Positions 1-9,975 of a DNA stretch of 64,000 nt are shown in pieces (the first letter of the stretch is position 1; each line of letters starts with the position of its first letter). The notes beneath the pieces were generated by a model that saw only the letters and a list, made by a program, of their open reading frames with translations, had not been told where the DNA came from and made no database searches. A program made the translations under genes and the position numbers. This DNA comes from an uncultured Acidobacteriota bacterium (GTDB taxonomy: Bacteria > Acidobacteriota > Vicinamibacteria > Vicinamibacterales > UBA8438): the NCBI GenBank assembly GCA_913043225.1, contig CAJWLU010000006.1:45465-109464 (forward strand), given 5' to 3'.

Positions 1-4
1 CAAT

Positions 5-1048
5 ATGGCAATGAGTGGACGGCACATGAGATGGAGCCTCGGCGCGATGGTGCTCGGCCTCGCGCTGGCGGCGGAGCCGGTCGCGGCGCAGATAGAGGGG
101 TATGCGGCGCCCCGGACGGCCTGGGGGACACCCGATATCGGGGGGGTGTGGAACAGTTCCACCGTGACTCCGTTGCAGCGACCCGAGGAGCAGGCCGACA
201 AGGAGTACCTTACCGAGGAGGAAGCGGCTGCGGTTGAGCAGCGTGTCGTCGAGGCCAACGCGCGTGCGAACGCCCCGAGCGAGGTCCGGACCGAGCCGTT
301 GCCGGTAGGTGGTAACGTCGGCGGCTATAACAGCTTCTGGCTCGATCGGGGTACCACCGTGGTGCCGACCCGCCGGACATCGCTGGTGGTCGATCCGCCG
401 AACGGGCGGTTGCCGGCGTTGACCCCAGCGTACGAGCGCCACGTGACGTCGCGGGAGCGGCAGCGGATTAAGGACATTCGCGAGGGTGCCGTGCCGGCCG
501 AGTCCTACGCCCAGTTCGATTATGGCGACCGGTGCATCTGGTACCGCGGGGTGCCATCGTTGCCTACGGCCTACAACAACAACTACCAGCTTGTGCAGAC
601 CGAGGACGTCATCGCCATTGTGCAGGAGCACATCCACGATGTGCGGTTCATCTTTTTGGACGATCGGCCGCGGGTCCACGGCATTGATCAGTTCGGCGGA
701 CATTCGCGCGGACACTGGGAAGGCGACACCCTCGTGGTGAAGACTTCCGGGTTCGGGGATCGAGCCTACCTGTTCAGTCCGGGGGGCGGGCCGCAGGGCG
801 GGACAAATTGGGATCTAAGCGGCCAGCACACGGTGGTGGAGCGGTTCACCCGCGTTGCACCGGATGTGCTGGATTACCAGTTCACTGTGGCCGACCCGCA
901 TACGTGGATCACGCCGTGGACCGGATCTTCTCCGTGGGCGAAGGGCGATCTCCCACTCTACGAGTACGCCTGTCATGAGGGTAACTACGGTATGGAGAAC
1001 ATCCTGGCCGGGTCGCGGATGGAGGAACTGGCCCAGGGTGGTCAGTAG
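5..1048 (+). CDS. Exported protein of unknown function, EYACHEGNYG-motif family, paralog P1
   Basis: 347-aa ORF with N-terminal signal peptide (LGLALAAEPVAAQ). Shares colinear blocks with the ORFs starting at 17179(+), 33252(+) and 58985(-): G.PD..G.W, TPL.RP, YN.FW.DRG, RTSL.VDPP.GR.P, DRC, YNNN, SRG.WEGDTLVV, ERFTR, YEYACHEGNYG..NIL.G.R. I recognise no named family. Confidence 0.8.
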   Translation: MAMSGRHMRWSLGAMVLGLALAAEPVAAQIEGYAAPRTAWGTPDIGGVWNSSTVTPLQRPEEQADKEYLTEEEAAAVEQRVVEANARANAPSEVRTEPLPVGGNVGGYNSFWLDRGTTVVPTRRTSLVVDPPNGRLPALTPAYERHVTSRERQRIKDIREGAVPAESYAQFDYGDRCIWYRGVPSLPTAYNNNYQLVQTEDVIAIVQEHIHDVRFIFLDDRPRVHGIDQFGGHSRGHWEGDTLVVKTSGFGDRAYLFSPGGGPQGGTNWDLSGQHTVVERFTRVAPDVLDYQFTVADPHTWITPWTGSSPWAKGDLPLYEYACHEGNYGMENILAGSRMEELAQGGQ

Positions 1049-2717
1049 AACGCTCAGCCTGCTTGTCGCGGCGGCCGTTTTAGCGCCGGCGTGTGTTCCG
1101 TCCAACGAGGGCGAGGTGCAGCCGGCGGGCCTGCCGTTCGATGTGGTCGAGGCCACCGTCCCTGCTATGCAGCGGGCGATGGAGGAGGGGCGGGTGACTT
1201 CCCGCCGGCTGGTCGAGCTGCACCTCCAGCGAATCGCTCTCTATGAGGAAGAGATCAACGCGCTCATTTCGGTGAACTCGCAGGCACTCGAGGAGGCCGA
1301 CGGGTTGGACGCTGAGCGGGCGGCGGGACACGTGCGTGGTCCGCTCCACGGCATCCCGGTTGCGCTCAAAGATAACGTCCATACCACCCATCTCCCGACA
1401 ACGGGAGGCACGCGCGCCTTTGCGGGATTCGTCCCGCCATATGAAGCGACGCTGACCAGCCATCTGCGGGAGGCGGGCGCGATCATCCTTGCCAAGACGG
1501 TGATGACCGAGCTGGCTAACTTCACCGCACCGGGTATGCCAGGGAACTACAGCGCGGTGGGTGGGTTCGGCCTCAATCCGTACGATGCCAGGCGGGATCC
1601 CCGGTCGGGGCGAGACGATGGTCGACCAGTGATGGGGACCGGAGGATCGAGCTCGGGGATCGGGACGGCGACGAGCTTCTGGGCTGCGAATGTTGGGACC
1701 GAGACGTCTGGCTCCATCCTTTCGCCGTCGAACGCCAACATGCTGGTCGGGGTGAAGCCGACCGTTGGTCGGATTAGCCGCTGGGGCGTTATCCCGATTA
1801 CGGCGGATCAGGACACGGCCGGGCCGATGGCGCGGACGGTTACCGATGCCGCCATTTTGCTTGGGGTGTTGGAGGGAGCCGCACCGGATCCACAGGACGA
1901 CGCGACGAAGCGTTGTGAACGTCCGCCAGACAACGACTACACGGCATTCCTGAGTGCGGACGTCTTGACGGGTGCGCGAGTTGGGATCCCGCGGGCGCTG
2001 TATTACGACGGGGTGTTGGTGCCGGGGCGGCAGGAGCGGCGCCGCGGGCGGCTCTCGAGCGCGGGGCGGGCACTGATGGCTGACGCTATCGAGGTGCTGG
2101 AGTCGGCAGGCGCGACGGTTGTTGACCCGGCCGACATTCCAAGCGTGATCGACCCCGATCCGTCGACCAATCTGCTTGTGTCTGGCCGGTCGAGCAGTGT
2201 GCTGTCCTATGGGATGAAGCGGGACTTCAATGCCTGGCTTGACTCGCTCGGGGACACCGCGCCGGTGAAGACGTTGACGGAGCTACGGGAATGGAATCTG
2301 ACCCATGAGGCATCCGGTACCCTGAGGTACGGACAGGGTCGCTTGGACGGGGCTGACAAACTCGACCTGGAGGCCGACCTTGCCGCATACGAAAGGGACC
2401 GGGCTCGGGACCTGTATTTGAATGGTGAGCACGGTATCGACGAGGTCATGCAGGAGTTGGATCTCGACGCGTTGCTGTTCCCAGGGTCTAGCGGAGCCAG
2501 TATTTCCGCGCGCGCTGGCTATCCGACGGTGATCGTGCCGTTCGGTTTCTTGGCCGACCCTCCGGAGCCACGCATGCCGGACGGTTTTCAGGCCAAGCCA
2601 CGACCGTTCGGGGTGAGCTTCGCCGGCATGGCGTGCAGCGAGCCGACGCTTTTGGGGCTAGCTTACGCTTTTGAACAGGTGACCCGGAGACGGGTGCCAC
2701 CGCCGGAGTTTCCGTAG
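1038..2717 (+). CDS. Amidase (amidase-signature family), predicted lipoprotein
   Basis: ORF 855-2717. Start placed at GTG 1038 because the text from there reads [19 protein letters not shown] (lipobox) and overlaps the P1 stop (1046-1048). Catalytic Lys context IPVALKDN. Gly/Ser-rich signature [26 protein letters not shown]. Confidence 0.88.
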   Translation: MVSRTLSLLVAAAVLAPACVPSNEGEVQPAGLPFDVVEATVPAMQRAMEEGRVTSRRLVELHLQRIALYEEEINALISVNSQALEEADGLDAERAAGHVRGPLHGIPVALKDNVHTTHLPTTGGTRAFAGFVPPYEATLTSHLREAGAIILAKTVMTELANFTAPGMPGNYSAVGGFGLNPYDARRDPRSGRDDGRPVMGTGGSSSGIGTATSFWAANVGTETSGSILSPSNANMLVGVKPTVGRISRWGVIPITADQDTAGPMARTVTDAAILLGVLEGAAPDPQDDATKRCERPPDNDYTAFLSADVLTGARVGIPRALYYDGVLVPGRQERRRGRLSSAGRALMADAIEVLESAGATVVDPADIPSVIDPDPSTNLLVSGRSSSVLSYGMKRDFNAWLDSLGDTAPVKTLTELREWNLTHEASGTLRYGQGRLDGADKLDLEADLAAYERDRARDLYLNGEHGIDEVMQELDLDALLFPGSSGASISARAGYPTVIVPFGFLADPPEPRMPDGFQAKPRPFGVSFAGMACSEPTLLGLAYAFEQVTRRRVPPPEFP

Positions 2718-2734
2718 CTGATCGGAGAGACGTC

Positions 2735-4453
2735 ATGAAGCATCGCAGGGTCCGTTACAGGGCACCGCTGGGCGCCGCTATGGTCTTGGTGATGACAGGC
2801 CTTGCGACACAGGCGACCGGGCAGGCCGTGGGAGTGTCGACCGAGTTGCTCCGGAGCGCGCCCTCCGGAGAGTGGCTGACCACCGGTCGCGACCAAGCCG
2901 AAACCCGGTTCAGCCCGCTGGATCAGGTCAACCTCGAGACCATCGACCGCCTCGGTCTTGGCTGGAGCTGGGTGATCCCGAAGGCAGGTGCTCGGCTCGA
3001 AGCGACCCCAGTGATCTCAGACGGGGTGATGTACGCGACCGGGCCCAAGAGCTACGTCTTTGCTCTCGATGCCCGTACGGGTGAGCTGCGCTGGCAGTGG
3101 GATCCTGGCGTTCCGGACGAATCAGAAGGCGGTCCGAGCGTCTGCTGCGGTGACGTCAACCGAGGGGTGGCCCTCTTCGAAGACAAGGTCTACGTCGGTC
3201 TGCTCGACGGTCGGCTGGTGGCGCTCGAACGGGAGACCGGGCTAGTGGCCTGGGCGGTGCAAACCACGCCCCCGGGCGACTACAGCATCACCGGCGCCCC
3301 GCGTATCGTGAAGGGCAACGTGGTGATTGGCAACGGCGGCGCTGAGTATGGTGTTCGTGGCTATGTCACCGCCTACAACGCCGAGACGGGCGAGGAGGTG
3401 TGGCGTTCCTATACCGTGCCTGGCAATCCTGCGGACGGCTTCGAAAACGAGGCGATGCGTGCGGCGGCCGAGACCTGGACGGGCGAGTGGTGGGTGGTTG
3501 GCGGTGGCGGCACGGTCTGGGACGGTATGGCTTGGGACCCGCAGGCGGACCTGCTCTACATCGGCACCGGGAACGGTGCACCGTGGAACCGCGATCATCG
3601 GAGTCCGGGCGGTGGGGACAACCTCTATCTCTCGTCGATCCTCGCGTTGAACCCTGACACCGGGGAGCCAGTGTGGCACTACCAGACAACGCCGGGCGAC
3701 GACTGGGACTACACGGCGACTCAGCCGATGATGTTGCTGGATCTCACCATCGCGGGCCAGGAGCGGAAAGTGATCATCCAAGCGCCAAAGAATGGCTTCT
3801 TCTATGTGGTTGATCGGCTGACGGGGGACCTCATTTCGGCCTCGGCCTTCGGCGATGACGTGACTTGGGCGGTGGGTGTAGATGTCGACACGGGCCGTCC
3901 CATTGAGACCCCCGAGGCACGTTATGGGCGTACCGGCGTCGGTGTCTTCCTGTCGCCCGGCCCGGGCGGGGCACACAACTGGCCGCCGATGTCATGGAAT
4001 CCAGGCACCGGCCTCGTCTATCTTCCGGCTCAAAACAGCACCTCCTACTACCAGATGACCGACGACTTCGACTATCAGCCTGGCCGATGGAATACCGGGT
4101 TGGCGCGCACGCGTCGTGCGGAACGTCCAGAGCGTCCGGAGCTGACCGGGCCACGCACCATGCTGGTGGCGGTCGAGCCGGTGACCAATACCGAAGCCTG
4201 GCGGGTGGAGACGAGCGGCGCGCATGGAGGCACGATGTCGACCGCCGGGAACCTCGTGTTTCACGGCTCGGGCGAGCGCCTGGTGGCCTACAACGCTGAA
4301 ACCGGGGATGAGGTGTGGGCGGCGACGGTAGGTGCGGGAACCGCGACGCCGGTGACCTACGAGCTCGACGGGATGCAGTATGTAACTATCGCCGCCGGGC
4401 GCCGCACGCCCAGGGTCTACACGTTTGTGTTGGACGGCGTGCCGGTGCGGTGA
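2735..4453 (+). CDS. PQQ-dependent dehydrogenase (quinoprotein alcohol-dehydrogenase-like), PQQ-1
   Basis: 572-aa ORF 17 nt after the amidase stop, with a signal peptide. Repeated propeller motifs ([65 protein letters not shown]). Vicinal Cys pair in [10 protein letters not shown] as in quinoprotein alcohol/methanol dehydrogenases. Confidence 0.9.
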   Translation: MKHRRVRYRAPLGAAMVLVMTGLATQATGQAVGVSTELLRSAPSGEWLTTGRDQAETRFSPLDQVNLETIDRLGLGWSWVIPKAGARLEATPVISDGVMYATGPKSYVFALDARTGELRWQWDPGVPDESEGGPSVCCGDVNRGVALFEDKVYVGLLDGRLVALERETGLVAWAVQTTPPGDYSITGAPRIVKGNVVIGNGGAEYGVRGYVTAYNAETGEEVWRSYTVPGNPADGFENEAMRAAAETWTGEWWVVGGGGTVWDGMAWDPQADLLYIGTGNGAPWNRDHRSPGGGDNLYLSSILALNPDTGEPVWHYQTTPGDDWDYTATQPMMLLDLTIAGQERKVIIQAPKNGFFYVVDRLTGDLISASAFGDDVTWAVGVDVDTGRPIETPEARYGRTGVGVFLSPGPGGAHNWPPMSWNPGTGLVYLPAQNSTSYYQMTDDFDYQPGRWNTGLARTRRAERPERPELTGPRTMLVAVEPVTNTEAWRVETSGAHGGTMSTAGNLVFHGSGERLVAYNAETGDEVWAATVGAGTATPVTYELDGMQYVTIAAGRRTPRVYTFVLDGVPVR

Positions 4454-4460
4454 GGACCGG

Positions 4461-5720
4461 ATGGGGATGAGGATGCAGGCGGGCGAGATCGACCGACGAA
4501 CGGCGCTTGCGATCATGGGCGCGACCGGGGCGGGGCTGATCGCGGGGCAGGGTTCAGCCTGGGCCCGGCAGGTGGGAATCGAACCGTTCGAGATCCAGGT
4601 GAGCGACCAGGCCCTGGACGACCTTCGGCAACGTCTGTCGGTGGCCCGCTGGCCGCCAGAGACGCCCGGGGCGCCGTGGCACTACGGAACCGACCGCGCT
4701 TACCTGGAAGAACTCGTCGCGTACTGGCGTGACGAGTACGACTGGCGCGGCCACGAGCGAGCGCTCAATGAGTTCGACCACTACATAACCGCCGTGGAAG
4801 GGCAGCGGCTGCACTTCGTGCATCAGCGTGCCGCCGACCCCGACAGCCTGCCGCTGCTAATGACTCACGGATGGCCCGGTACGGTCTGGGAGATGCTTCC
4901 GTCGGTGATGGCGTTGAACGAGCCGACGCAGCACGGCGGCGAAGCGACGGACGCCTTCCATGTCGTGGTGCCGTCGATCCCGGGGTTCGGCTTCTCTGGT
5001 GAGCCGGCTGAGGGGACGGACGTGGCGCGGACGGCTGAGCTGTGGATCGGGCTGATGGACTCGCTCGGCTACGCGCGGTTCGCCGCCTATGGCAGCGACT
5101 GGGGGGCCGGGGTGACCCGCTATCTCGGGGCACAGTTTCCCGACCGGCTGGTCGGTATCCACACGCCGGGTACGCCCGGCCGACAGCAGCGGGACCCGGC
5201 CACTGACGAGGAGCGTGACTACCTCCGTCGGAGCGAACTCTGGTCGGTTGACGAGACCGGATATCAGCGCATTCAGGGCACGAAACCGCAGACGCTGGCC
5301 TACGGGTTGACCGACTCACCGATCGGGTTGGCGGCGTGGATCACCGAGAAGCTCCGCAGCTGGAGCGACTGTGACGGTGCCGTCGAGCGCCGGTTCAGCA
5401 AGGATCAGATCCTGACGCTTGTCTCGATTTACTGGCACACGAATACGATCGGCACGAGCGTGCGCTACTACCATGCGAATGGACTGGGGAGCTCACGAGC
5501 GGGCAGCCGGCGTCGCGGTGGTCCGGTGCGGGTGCCCCAGGGGCTCGCGCAGTTCGAGGGTAATCCCTTCCGCAACCGAATGCCTCGGTCGTACACACGG
5601 GAGGTGAGTGACTCGATTCGGCACTACTCAATCTTCGATCGCGGCGGGCATTTTCCCGCCATAGAAGAGCCAGAACTGCTCGTGGGCGATCTACGTACCT
5701 TCTTCCGCCCGTTGCGTTAG
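4461..5720 (+). CDS. Epoxide hydrolase-type alpha/beta hydrolase with twin-arginine leader
   Basis: ORF 4425-5720. Start placed at ATG 4461 (GAGGA just upstream, 7 nt after the PQQ-1 stop). Leader IDRRTALAIMGATGAGLIAGQGSAWA. Epoxide-hydrolase N-terminal region (FEIQVSDQALDDLRQRL..ARWP), HGWPG oxyanion motif, Asp nucleophile context YGSDWGAG. Confidence 0.88.
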   Translation: MGMRMQAGEIDRRTALAIMGATGAGLIAGQGSAWARQVGIEPFEIQVSDQALDDLRQRLSVARWPPETPGAPWHYGTDRAYLEELVAYWRDEYDWRGHERALNEFDHYITAVEGQRLHFVHQRAADPDSLPLLMTHGWPGTVWEMLPSVMALNEPTQHGGEATDAFHVVVPSIPGFGFSGEPAEGTDVARTAELWIGLMDSLGYARFAAYGSDWGAGVTRYLGAQFPDRLVGIHTPGTPGRQQRDPATDEERDYLRRSELWSVDETGYQRIQGTKPQTLAYGLTDSPIGLAAWITEKLRSWSDCDGAVERRFSKDQILTLVSIYWHTNTIGTSVRYYHANGLGSSRAGSRRRGGPVRVPQGLAQFEGNPFRNRMPRSYTREVSDSIRHYSIFDRGGHFPAIEEPELLVGDLRTFFRPLR

Positions 5721-5974
5721 GGCTGTGTGGTGGATATTTCGCCGGCGGTCAGCGCCGGAATCAGTAGAAGGGGATCACGCTGGCTGGCAGCAGCTGGGCA
5801 CGGCGCAGGTAGGCGGCATCGGCAGCACGCTGATCAGTGCATCTCCCTGACGCATCACGAGTCGACGGTTCAGTCGGTCGTAGTCGGCCTCCTTCCTTGT
5901 TTTGCATCAGTTCCTACCTGCTGAGCCGGGCGGTCTGACCCGCCCGGCAGTCCAGACGATCCTCTCGTGACCGG

Positions 5975-5980
5975 TATAAT
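5975..5980 (+). promoter_or_regulatory. Candidate -10 box TATAAT (context CCGGTATAATC)
   Basis: Perfect TATAAT in a GC-rich 283-nt intergenic region, 23 nt upstream of ATG 6004. The same extended context recurs at 43625 and, with one change, at 42213. No convincing -35. Confidence 0.4.
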
Positions 5981-6003
5981 CACGCTCTCAGCTGGAGCTT
6001 GAT

Positions 6004-7050
6004 ATGTTTCGATGCCTGGTCGTGGCCTCGCTCGTTGTCGGTCTGTGCGGCGTCGCCGTGGCACAGCCGCGGGATTCCTATGAGTTGATCGAACCGTGGC
6101 CGCATCTGCCGGTGGAGATGAACGGTGGGGAATGGGGCGAGACCATCGGGGTCGATCGCGATGCCGACGGGAACATCTGGGTGTTTCACCGATGCTTCAA
6201 CGACGAGCCGTTCGGACTGGCCACGTGTGTCGGCCAGGAGGACAAGCCTCCGATTCTCAAGTTCAGCCCGAAGGGCGAACTTCTCGCTAGTTGGGGCGAA
6301 GGGATCTTCGCAGCTCCGCACGGTTTTCACATCGATCCTGAAGGGAACATTTGGGCCACTGAGGCGAACCAGCACGAGGAGGTGCTTGGCATCCCAGTGG
6401 GCAACCGGGGCCATCAAGTCTTCAAGTTCAGCCCGCGCGGCGAACTCCTGATGACGCTGGGCGAGGCTGGGGTCGCCGGGAACGGCCCGTACACGTTCAA
6501 CCGGCCGACCGACGTTGCGGTGGCGGCGAACGGCGATATCTTTGTCACCGACGGACACGGTCCGAATAACCGGGTTGTGAAGTACGACCGGACGGGGCAT
6601 TTCCTGATGAGTTGGGGCGGGCCTGGCGACAGCCCTGGTGAATTCGATCAGCCTCACACCCTTACACTTGATTCCCGTGGTCGGGTTTTTGTGGGCGATC
6701 GGTCGAACGGTCGGTTGCAGATCTTTGAGCCGGATGGCACGTTCGTGGCCGCGTGGTCGCAGTTTGGGCGGCCGAGCGGCATGTTTATCGACGAGAACGA
6801 TGTGCTTTATGTGACAGACTCCACCACGAACTCACGTAACAATCCGGGACGGAAGCGCGGTATCTACATCGGCAGTGCCGTGAGCGGAGAGGTAACTGCG
6901 TTCATTGCGGATCCGGATCTTGAAGCCCAGGACCGTAATGGCATTTCTGGCGCGTCGGGTATCACAGCCGATCTCGACGGGAACGTCTATGCGGCTGATG
7001 TTGGCCCGAAGCGCATCCGCAAGTATCAGCGAGAGGGACACGAACAATGA
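6004..7050 (+). CDS. NHL-repeat beta-propeller protein (peptidyl-alpha-hydroxyglycine lyase-like), exported
   Basis: 348-aa ORF with a signal peptide. Repeated blades of the NHL type (FNRPTDVAVAANGDIFVTD, FDQPHTLTLDSRGRVFVGD, RPSGMFIDENDVLYVTD, ASGITADLDGNVYAAD). Confidence 0.75.
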   Translation: MFRCLVVASLVVGLCGVAVAQPRDSYELIEPWPHLPVEMNGGEWGETIGVDRDADGNIWVFHRCFNDEPFGLATCVGQEDKPPILKFSPKGELLASWGEGIFAAPHGFHIDPEGNIWATEANQHEEVLGIPVGNRGHQVFKFSPRGELLMTLGEAGVAGNGPYTFNRPTDVAVAANGDIFVTDGHGPNNRVVKYDRTGHFLMSWGGPGDSPGEFDQPHTLTLDSRGRVFVGDRSNGRLQIFEPDGTFVAAWSQFGRPSGMFIDENDVLYVTDSTTNSRNNPGRKRGIYIGSAVSGEVTAFIADPDLEAQDRNGISGASGITADLDGNVYAADVGPKRIRKYQREGHEQ

Positions 7051-8660
7051 TGAGACGCACCTTTATTAGCGTCGTGCTCATCGCCCTGACCGCCGGGTCG
7101 GCCACGGCGCAGGAATTTCCTCCTGGGTTCGTCGATCCCGCGCCGCTGTTGGCGGCCGCCGAGGTCGAGATCAATGCGGCCGCCCTTCGTTGTATCAGCT
7201 TTTCGGGAAATGGCTACAACGGGGCTGTAGGGCAAACGTTCGAGAACGCGGTGAACATCGATTGGCCACGCATCGGGTCACTGAGCAACTACACCCGCGT
7301 GATCAACTGGAACACCGAGACCAGTATCGAAACGTTTGAGCGTGAGCCCGGCTTGAATCCAGCCTCGTGGAAGTACGGGCTGGGCTGGATCGGCGGTACC
7401 CCGACGCAGCAGGCGCGCCAGCAGACACACATCACGGTGGGCGGGCAGTCGTGGCACATTGACGGCGACGGCGAGCCGGTGGCGATTCCTCCAGAAATTG
7501 CGGAGGTCTACCGTCTCGATATGTGGCTGAACCCGCATGGTTTCCTTAAGGCAGCGCGGCTCCCGGGGGCCGATCCGGTGGCCTTCTGGCGCTGGGAGCA
7601 GATTGAGAAGGGCCGTGATGGCAATGTGGTGGCGCCGGTGAAGATGCACGTGGTGGCGATCACCATGTTCGGCAAGTACCGGGTCGACGCCACGATCAAC
7701 CCGGACAATCAGATCCAGCGGCTGAAGACCACGGTCAACGATCCCACGCTGGGCGATTTCAACATCGAGCACGAGTCGACCAATCAGGTCACGGTGAACG
7801 GCATCAAATGGCCGACCAACTGGCACTCGCACCAAGGGTGGGACGACAACTGGCAGTTCTTTCGGCAGAGCACTGGCCACAATGCGTATGGCGGTAGTTT
7901 CCCGGACATCGTGGCCAACACCTGCCCTGACCCGGTGACGGTGCCGCAGGCGGTTCGCGACGCAAGCTTCCCTGCGCCGGTGACGGTCGATGAGATGGCC
8001 GACGGGGTCTATCGGCTAGGTGGCGGTCCGGCCAACAGCTATATGGTCGAGTTCTCGGACTTCGTAGCGGTGTTTGAAGCGCCGGGCGACGAGCGACGCA
8101 GCCTGACCGTCATCGAGGAGGTCGTCAAGCTGGCGCCAGGCAAGCCTATCCGCTGGTTGATTTCGTCCCATCCGCACTTTGATCACATCGGTGGACTGCG
8201 CAGCTATTTGCACATCGGGTCGACCATCGTGACCCATATGTCGAATCTGGAATTCCTGAACACCGATGTCTTGACCTATGAGTCGAGGACGGTCGAGCCC
8301 GACATCGTCTCGCTATGGCCGCCAACCGAGCTATCGGAAGGCTACAACTACGAGGCGATTCAGGAGCGCTACACCATCACCGATGACGAGCGATTGCTGC
8401 ACGTCTACTATGTGCAGCCGTTGCAGCATGTAAGTGGAATGCTCATGGCATTCCTGCCCGAGGAAGGAATTGCATTCCAGGCTGACCTGTTCGATACGCA
8501 TGAGCCACCGAAGGCGGCCCAGCTGCCGGCGATGCGCAGCTTGAATACCCAGGTCGCACGGATGGGGCTCGACGTGGGGACTCTGGCCCCGGTGCATGGC
8601 GCACCGGTGCCGTGGAGTGAGTTTGTATCTGCACTACGGACGCTCGAGGCACAGAACTGA
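7047..8660 (+). CDS. Metallo-beta-lactamase-fold hydrolase with unrecognised N-terminal domain, exported
   Basis: 537-aa ORF. ATGA start/stop overlap with the upstream gene (7047-7050). Signal peptide VVLIALTAGSATAQ. C-terminal half carries ISSHPHFDHIGGL (HxHxDH). The N-terminal ~300 aa are not recognised. Confidence 0.8.
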   Translation: MMRRTFISVVLIALTAGSATAQEFPPGFVDPAPLLAAAEVEINAAALRCISFSGNGYNGAVGQTFENAVNIDWPRIGSLSNYTRVINWNTETSIETFEREPGLNPASWKYGLGWIGGTPTQQARQQTHITVGGQSWHIDGDGEPVAIPPEIAEVYRLDMWLNPHGFLKAARLPGADPVAFWRWEQIEKGRDGNVVAPVKMHVVAITMFGKYRVDATINPDNQIQRLKTTVNDPTLGDFNIEHESTNQVTVNGIKWPTNWHSHQGWDDNWQFFRQSTGHNAYGGSFPDIVANTCPDPVTVPQAVRDASFPAPVTVDEMADGVYRLGGGPANSYMVEFSDFVAVFEAPGDERRSLTVIEEVVKLAPGKPIRWLISSHPHFDHIGGLRSYLHIGSTIVTHMSNLEFLNTDVLTYESRTVEPDIVSLWPPTELSEGYNYEAIQERYTITDDERLLHVYYVQPLQHVSGMLMAFLPEEGIAFQADLFDTHEPPKAAQLPAMRSLNTQVARMGLDVGTLAPVHGAPVPWSEFVSALRTLEAQN

Positions 8661-8684
8661 TTGAATTGGAAGGGGAGGTCTCTA

Positions 8685-9782
8685 ATGAAGAAGCTGATAG
8701 CGCTGATTCCCGGGCTTGCGTTGGCTGCGTGCTCGTCGTCGCCCGAGGCCACCACGGCGCCCGATGAGGGCGCTGCTGGCGTGGTGATGCGGCCGGCGCC
8801 CGGCGTCGACATCGATCGGAGCGCTGCGCCAGGACAGGTGGTCGACCAGGATGGACGACCTGGTTGGTATCCGCATGAGGGTGCGCTGATGGAGTACAGC
8901 GTGGACATTCGGTTCGGGCAGGAGCCGCACACGATGCCTGACGGCTGGAGTTTTGGCAGGGTGTCGGCGGTAGCGACGGACTCGGGCGGTGACGTCTACG
9001 TATTCCATCGGGGTGATGTGGCAGATCCGATCGTGGTGTTCAACGCCGCGGGCACCTACCAGCGGTCATTTGGTGCGGACATGGACTTTGGCAACGAGCA
9101 TGGTCTTCGGATCGATCGGCACGACAACGTGTGGGTGACCGACAACGGGAACCACCGTGTGATGAAGCTCTCGAAAGAGGGCGAGGTGCTGATGAGCCTT
9201 GGCATCAAGGGCGAAGCTGGCACTACCGATGAGACATTCGACCGCCCGGCGGATATCGCCTTCGGACCGAACGACGAACTCTACGTGGCTGACGGTTACG
9301 GCAACAGTCGCGTCGTGAAGTACGACGCCGAAGGCAACTTTGTGACCACCTGGGGTACCCCTGGCTCTGGCCCCGGCGAGTTCGATCTCGTTCACTCCGT
9401 CGCGGTGGATTCGACTGGACGCGTGTATGCCAGCGACCGCGAAAACAATCGCATACAGATCTTTGATGCTGATGGCACGTTGCTCGACACTTGGAACCAC
9501 CTGGGCGCTACTCAGAACATCTTCATCACCCCGGACGATCAGGTATGGGTGATTACCCATCGCGACAACGTCGAGAACATCACTTACGACACCCTGGCCG
9601 GGCGCATCATGCACGTAGACATCAATACCGGTGAGATTATCGGAGCGATGGAAAGTCCGGGGCACTGGATTGACGTGGCCGAGACCGGCGACATCTTCAT
9701 CGGCAGCCTCACCGGCAATGTGTTCCGGTGGTACGAGGACTGGATGGAGACGGAGGAGGCGGCACAGGCTGAGCGACCGTAG
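8685..9782 (+). CDS. NHL-repeat beta-propeller lipoprotein
   Basis: ORF 8661-9782. ATG 8685 (GGGGAGG upstream) gives lipoprotein leader MKKLIALIPGLALAAC. NHL-type blades (FDRPADIAFGPNDELYVADG, FDLVHSVAVDSTGRVYASD, NNRIQIF). Confidence 0.78.
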   Translation: MKKLIALIPGLALAACSSSPEATTAPDEGAAGVVMRPAPGVDIDRSAAPGQVVDQDGRPGWYPHEGALMEYSVDIRFGQEPHTMPDGWSFGRVSAVATDSGGDVYVFHRGDVADPIVVFNAAGTYQRSFGADMDFGNEHGLRIDRHDNVWVTDNGNHRVMKLSKEGEVLMSLGIKGEAGTTDETFDRPADIAFGPNDELYVADGYGNSRVVKYDAEGNFVTTWGTPGSGPGEFDLVHSVAVDSTGRVYASDRENNRIQIFDADGTLLDTWNHLGATQNIFITPDDQVWVITHRDNVENITYDTLAGRIMHVDINTGEIIGAMESPGHWIDVAETGDIFIGSLTGNVFRWYEDWMETEEAAQAERP

Positions 9783-9975
9783 TGGACAATGGGAAGAGGC
9801 GCACTCGCGCTAGGCCGCCACGTGCGGGGACAGACCTGAGTTGGAGTTCGCTCTTTGGGCCGTTGGCGTAGTGGTGCTGCCCATGGGGCGCTTGTGGAGG
9901 GTTGGAGGATGACATGTTCAGGAACCTGCGTAGAGTTGAACTAACCCATCTATGCGATGGTGGAAAGGGGGCACG

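Noticed and set aside
855-1037. N-terminal extensions offered by the ORF track. Examples: amidase from 855, P3 from 33057, cytochrome c from 40941, esterase from 25485, SMP-30-like gene up to 52886, PQQ-2 up to 25319, PQQ-3 up to 28715.
   Set aside because: The extensions overlap the upstream gene and read as low-complexity text. Internal starts give canonical signal peptides or lipoboxes, usually with a GGAGG-like sequence upstream.
3242-3976. Long antisense or out-of-frame ORFs throughout the track. Examples: 3242-3976(-), 5980-6657(-), 11074-12000(-), 17719-18453(-), 22208-23167(-), 27642-28562(+), 34520-35491(-), 37533-38495(-), 38559-39506(-), 40231-41229(-), 43828-44793(-), 46303-47037(+), 47375-48439(+), 48461-49282(+), 49934-50668(-), 52885-53904(+), 60208-60813(-).
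   Set aside because: They overlap genes with clear family motifs on the other strand or frame. Their translations are Arg/Pro/Gly/Ala-rich with no recognisable motifs, as expected for shadow ORFs in high-GC DNA.
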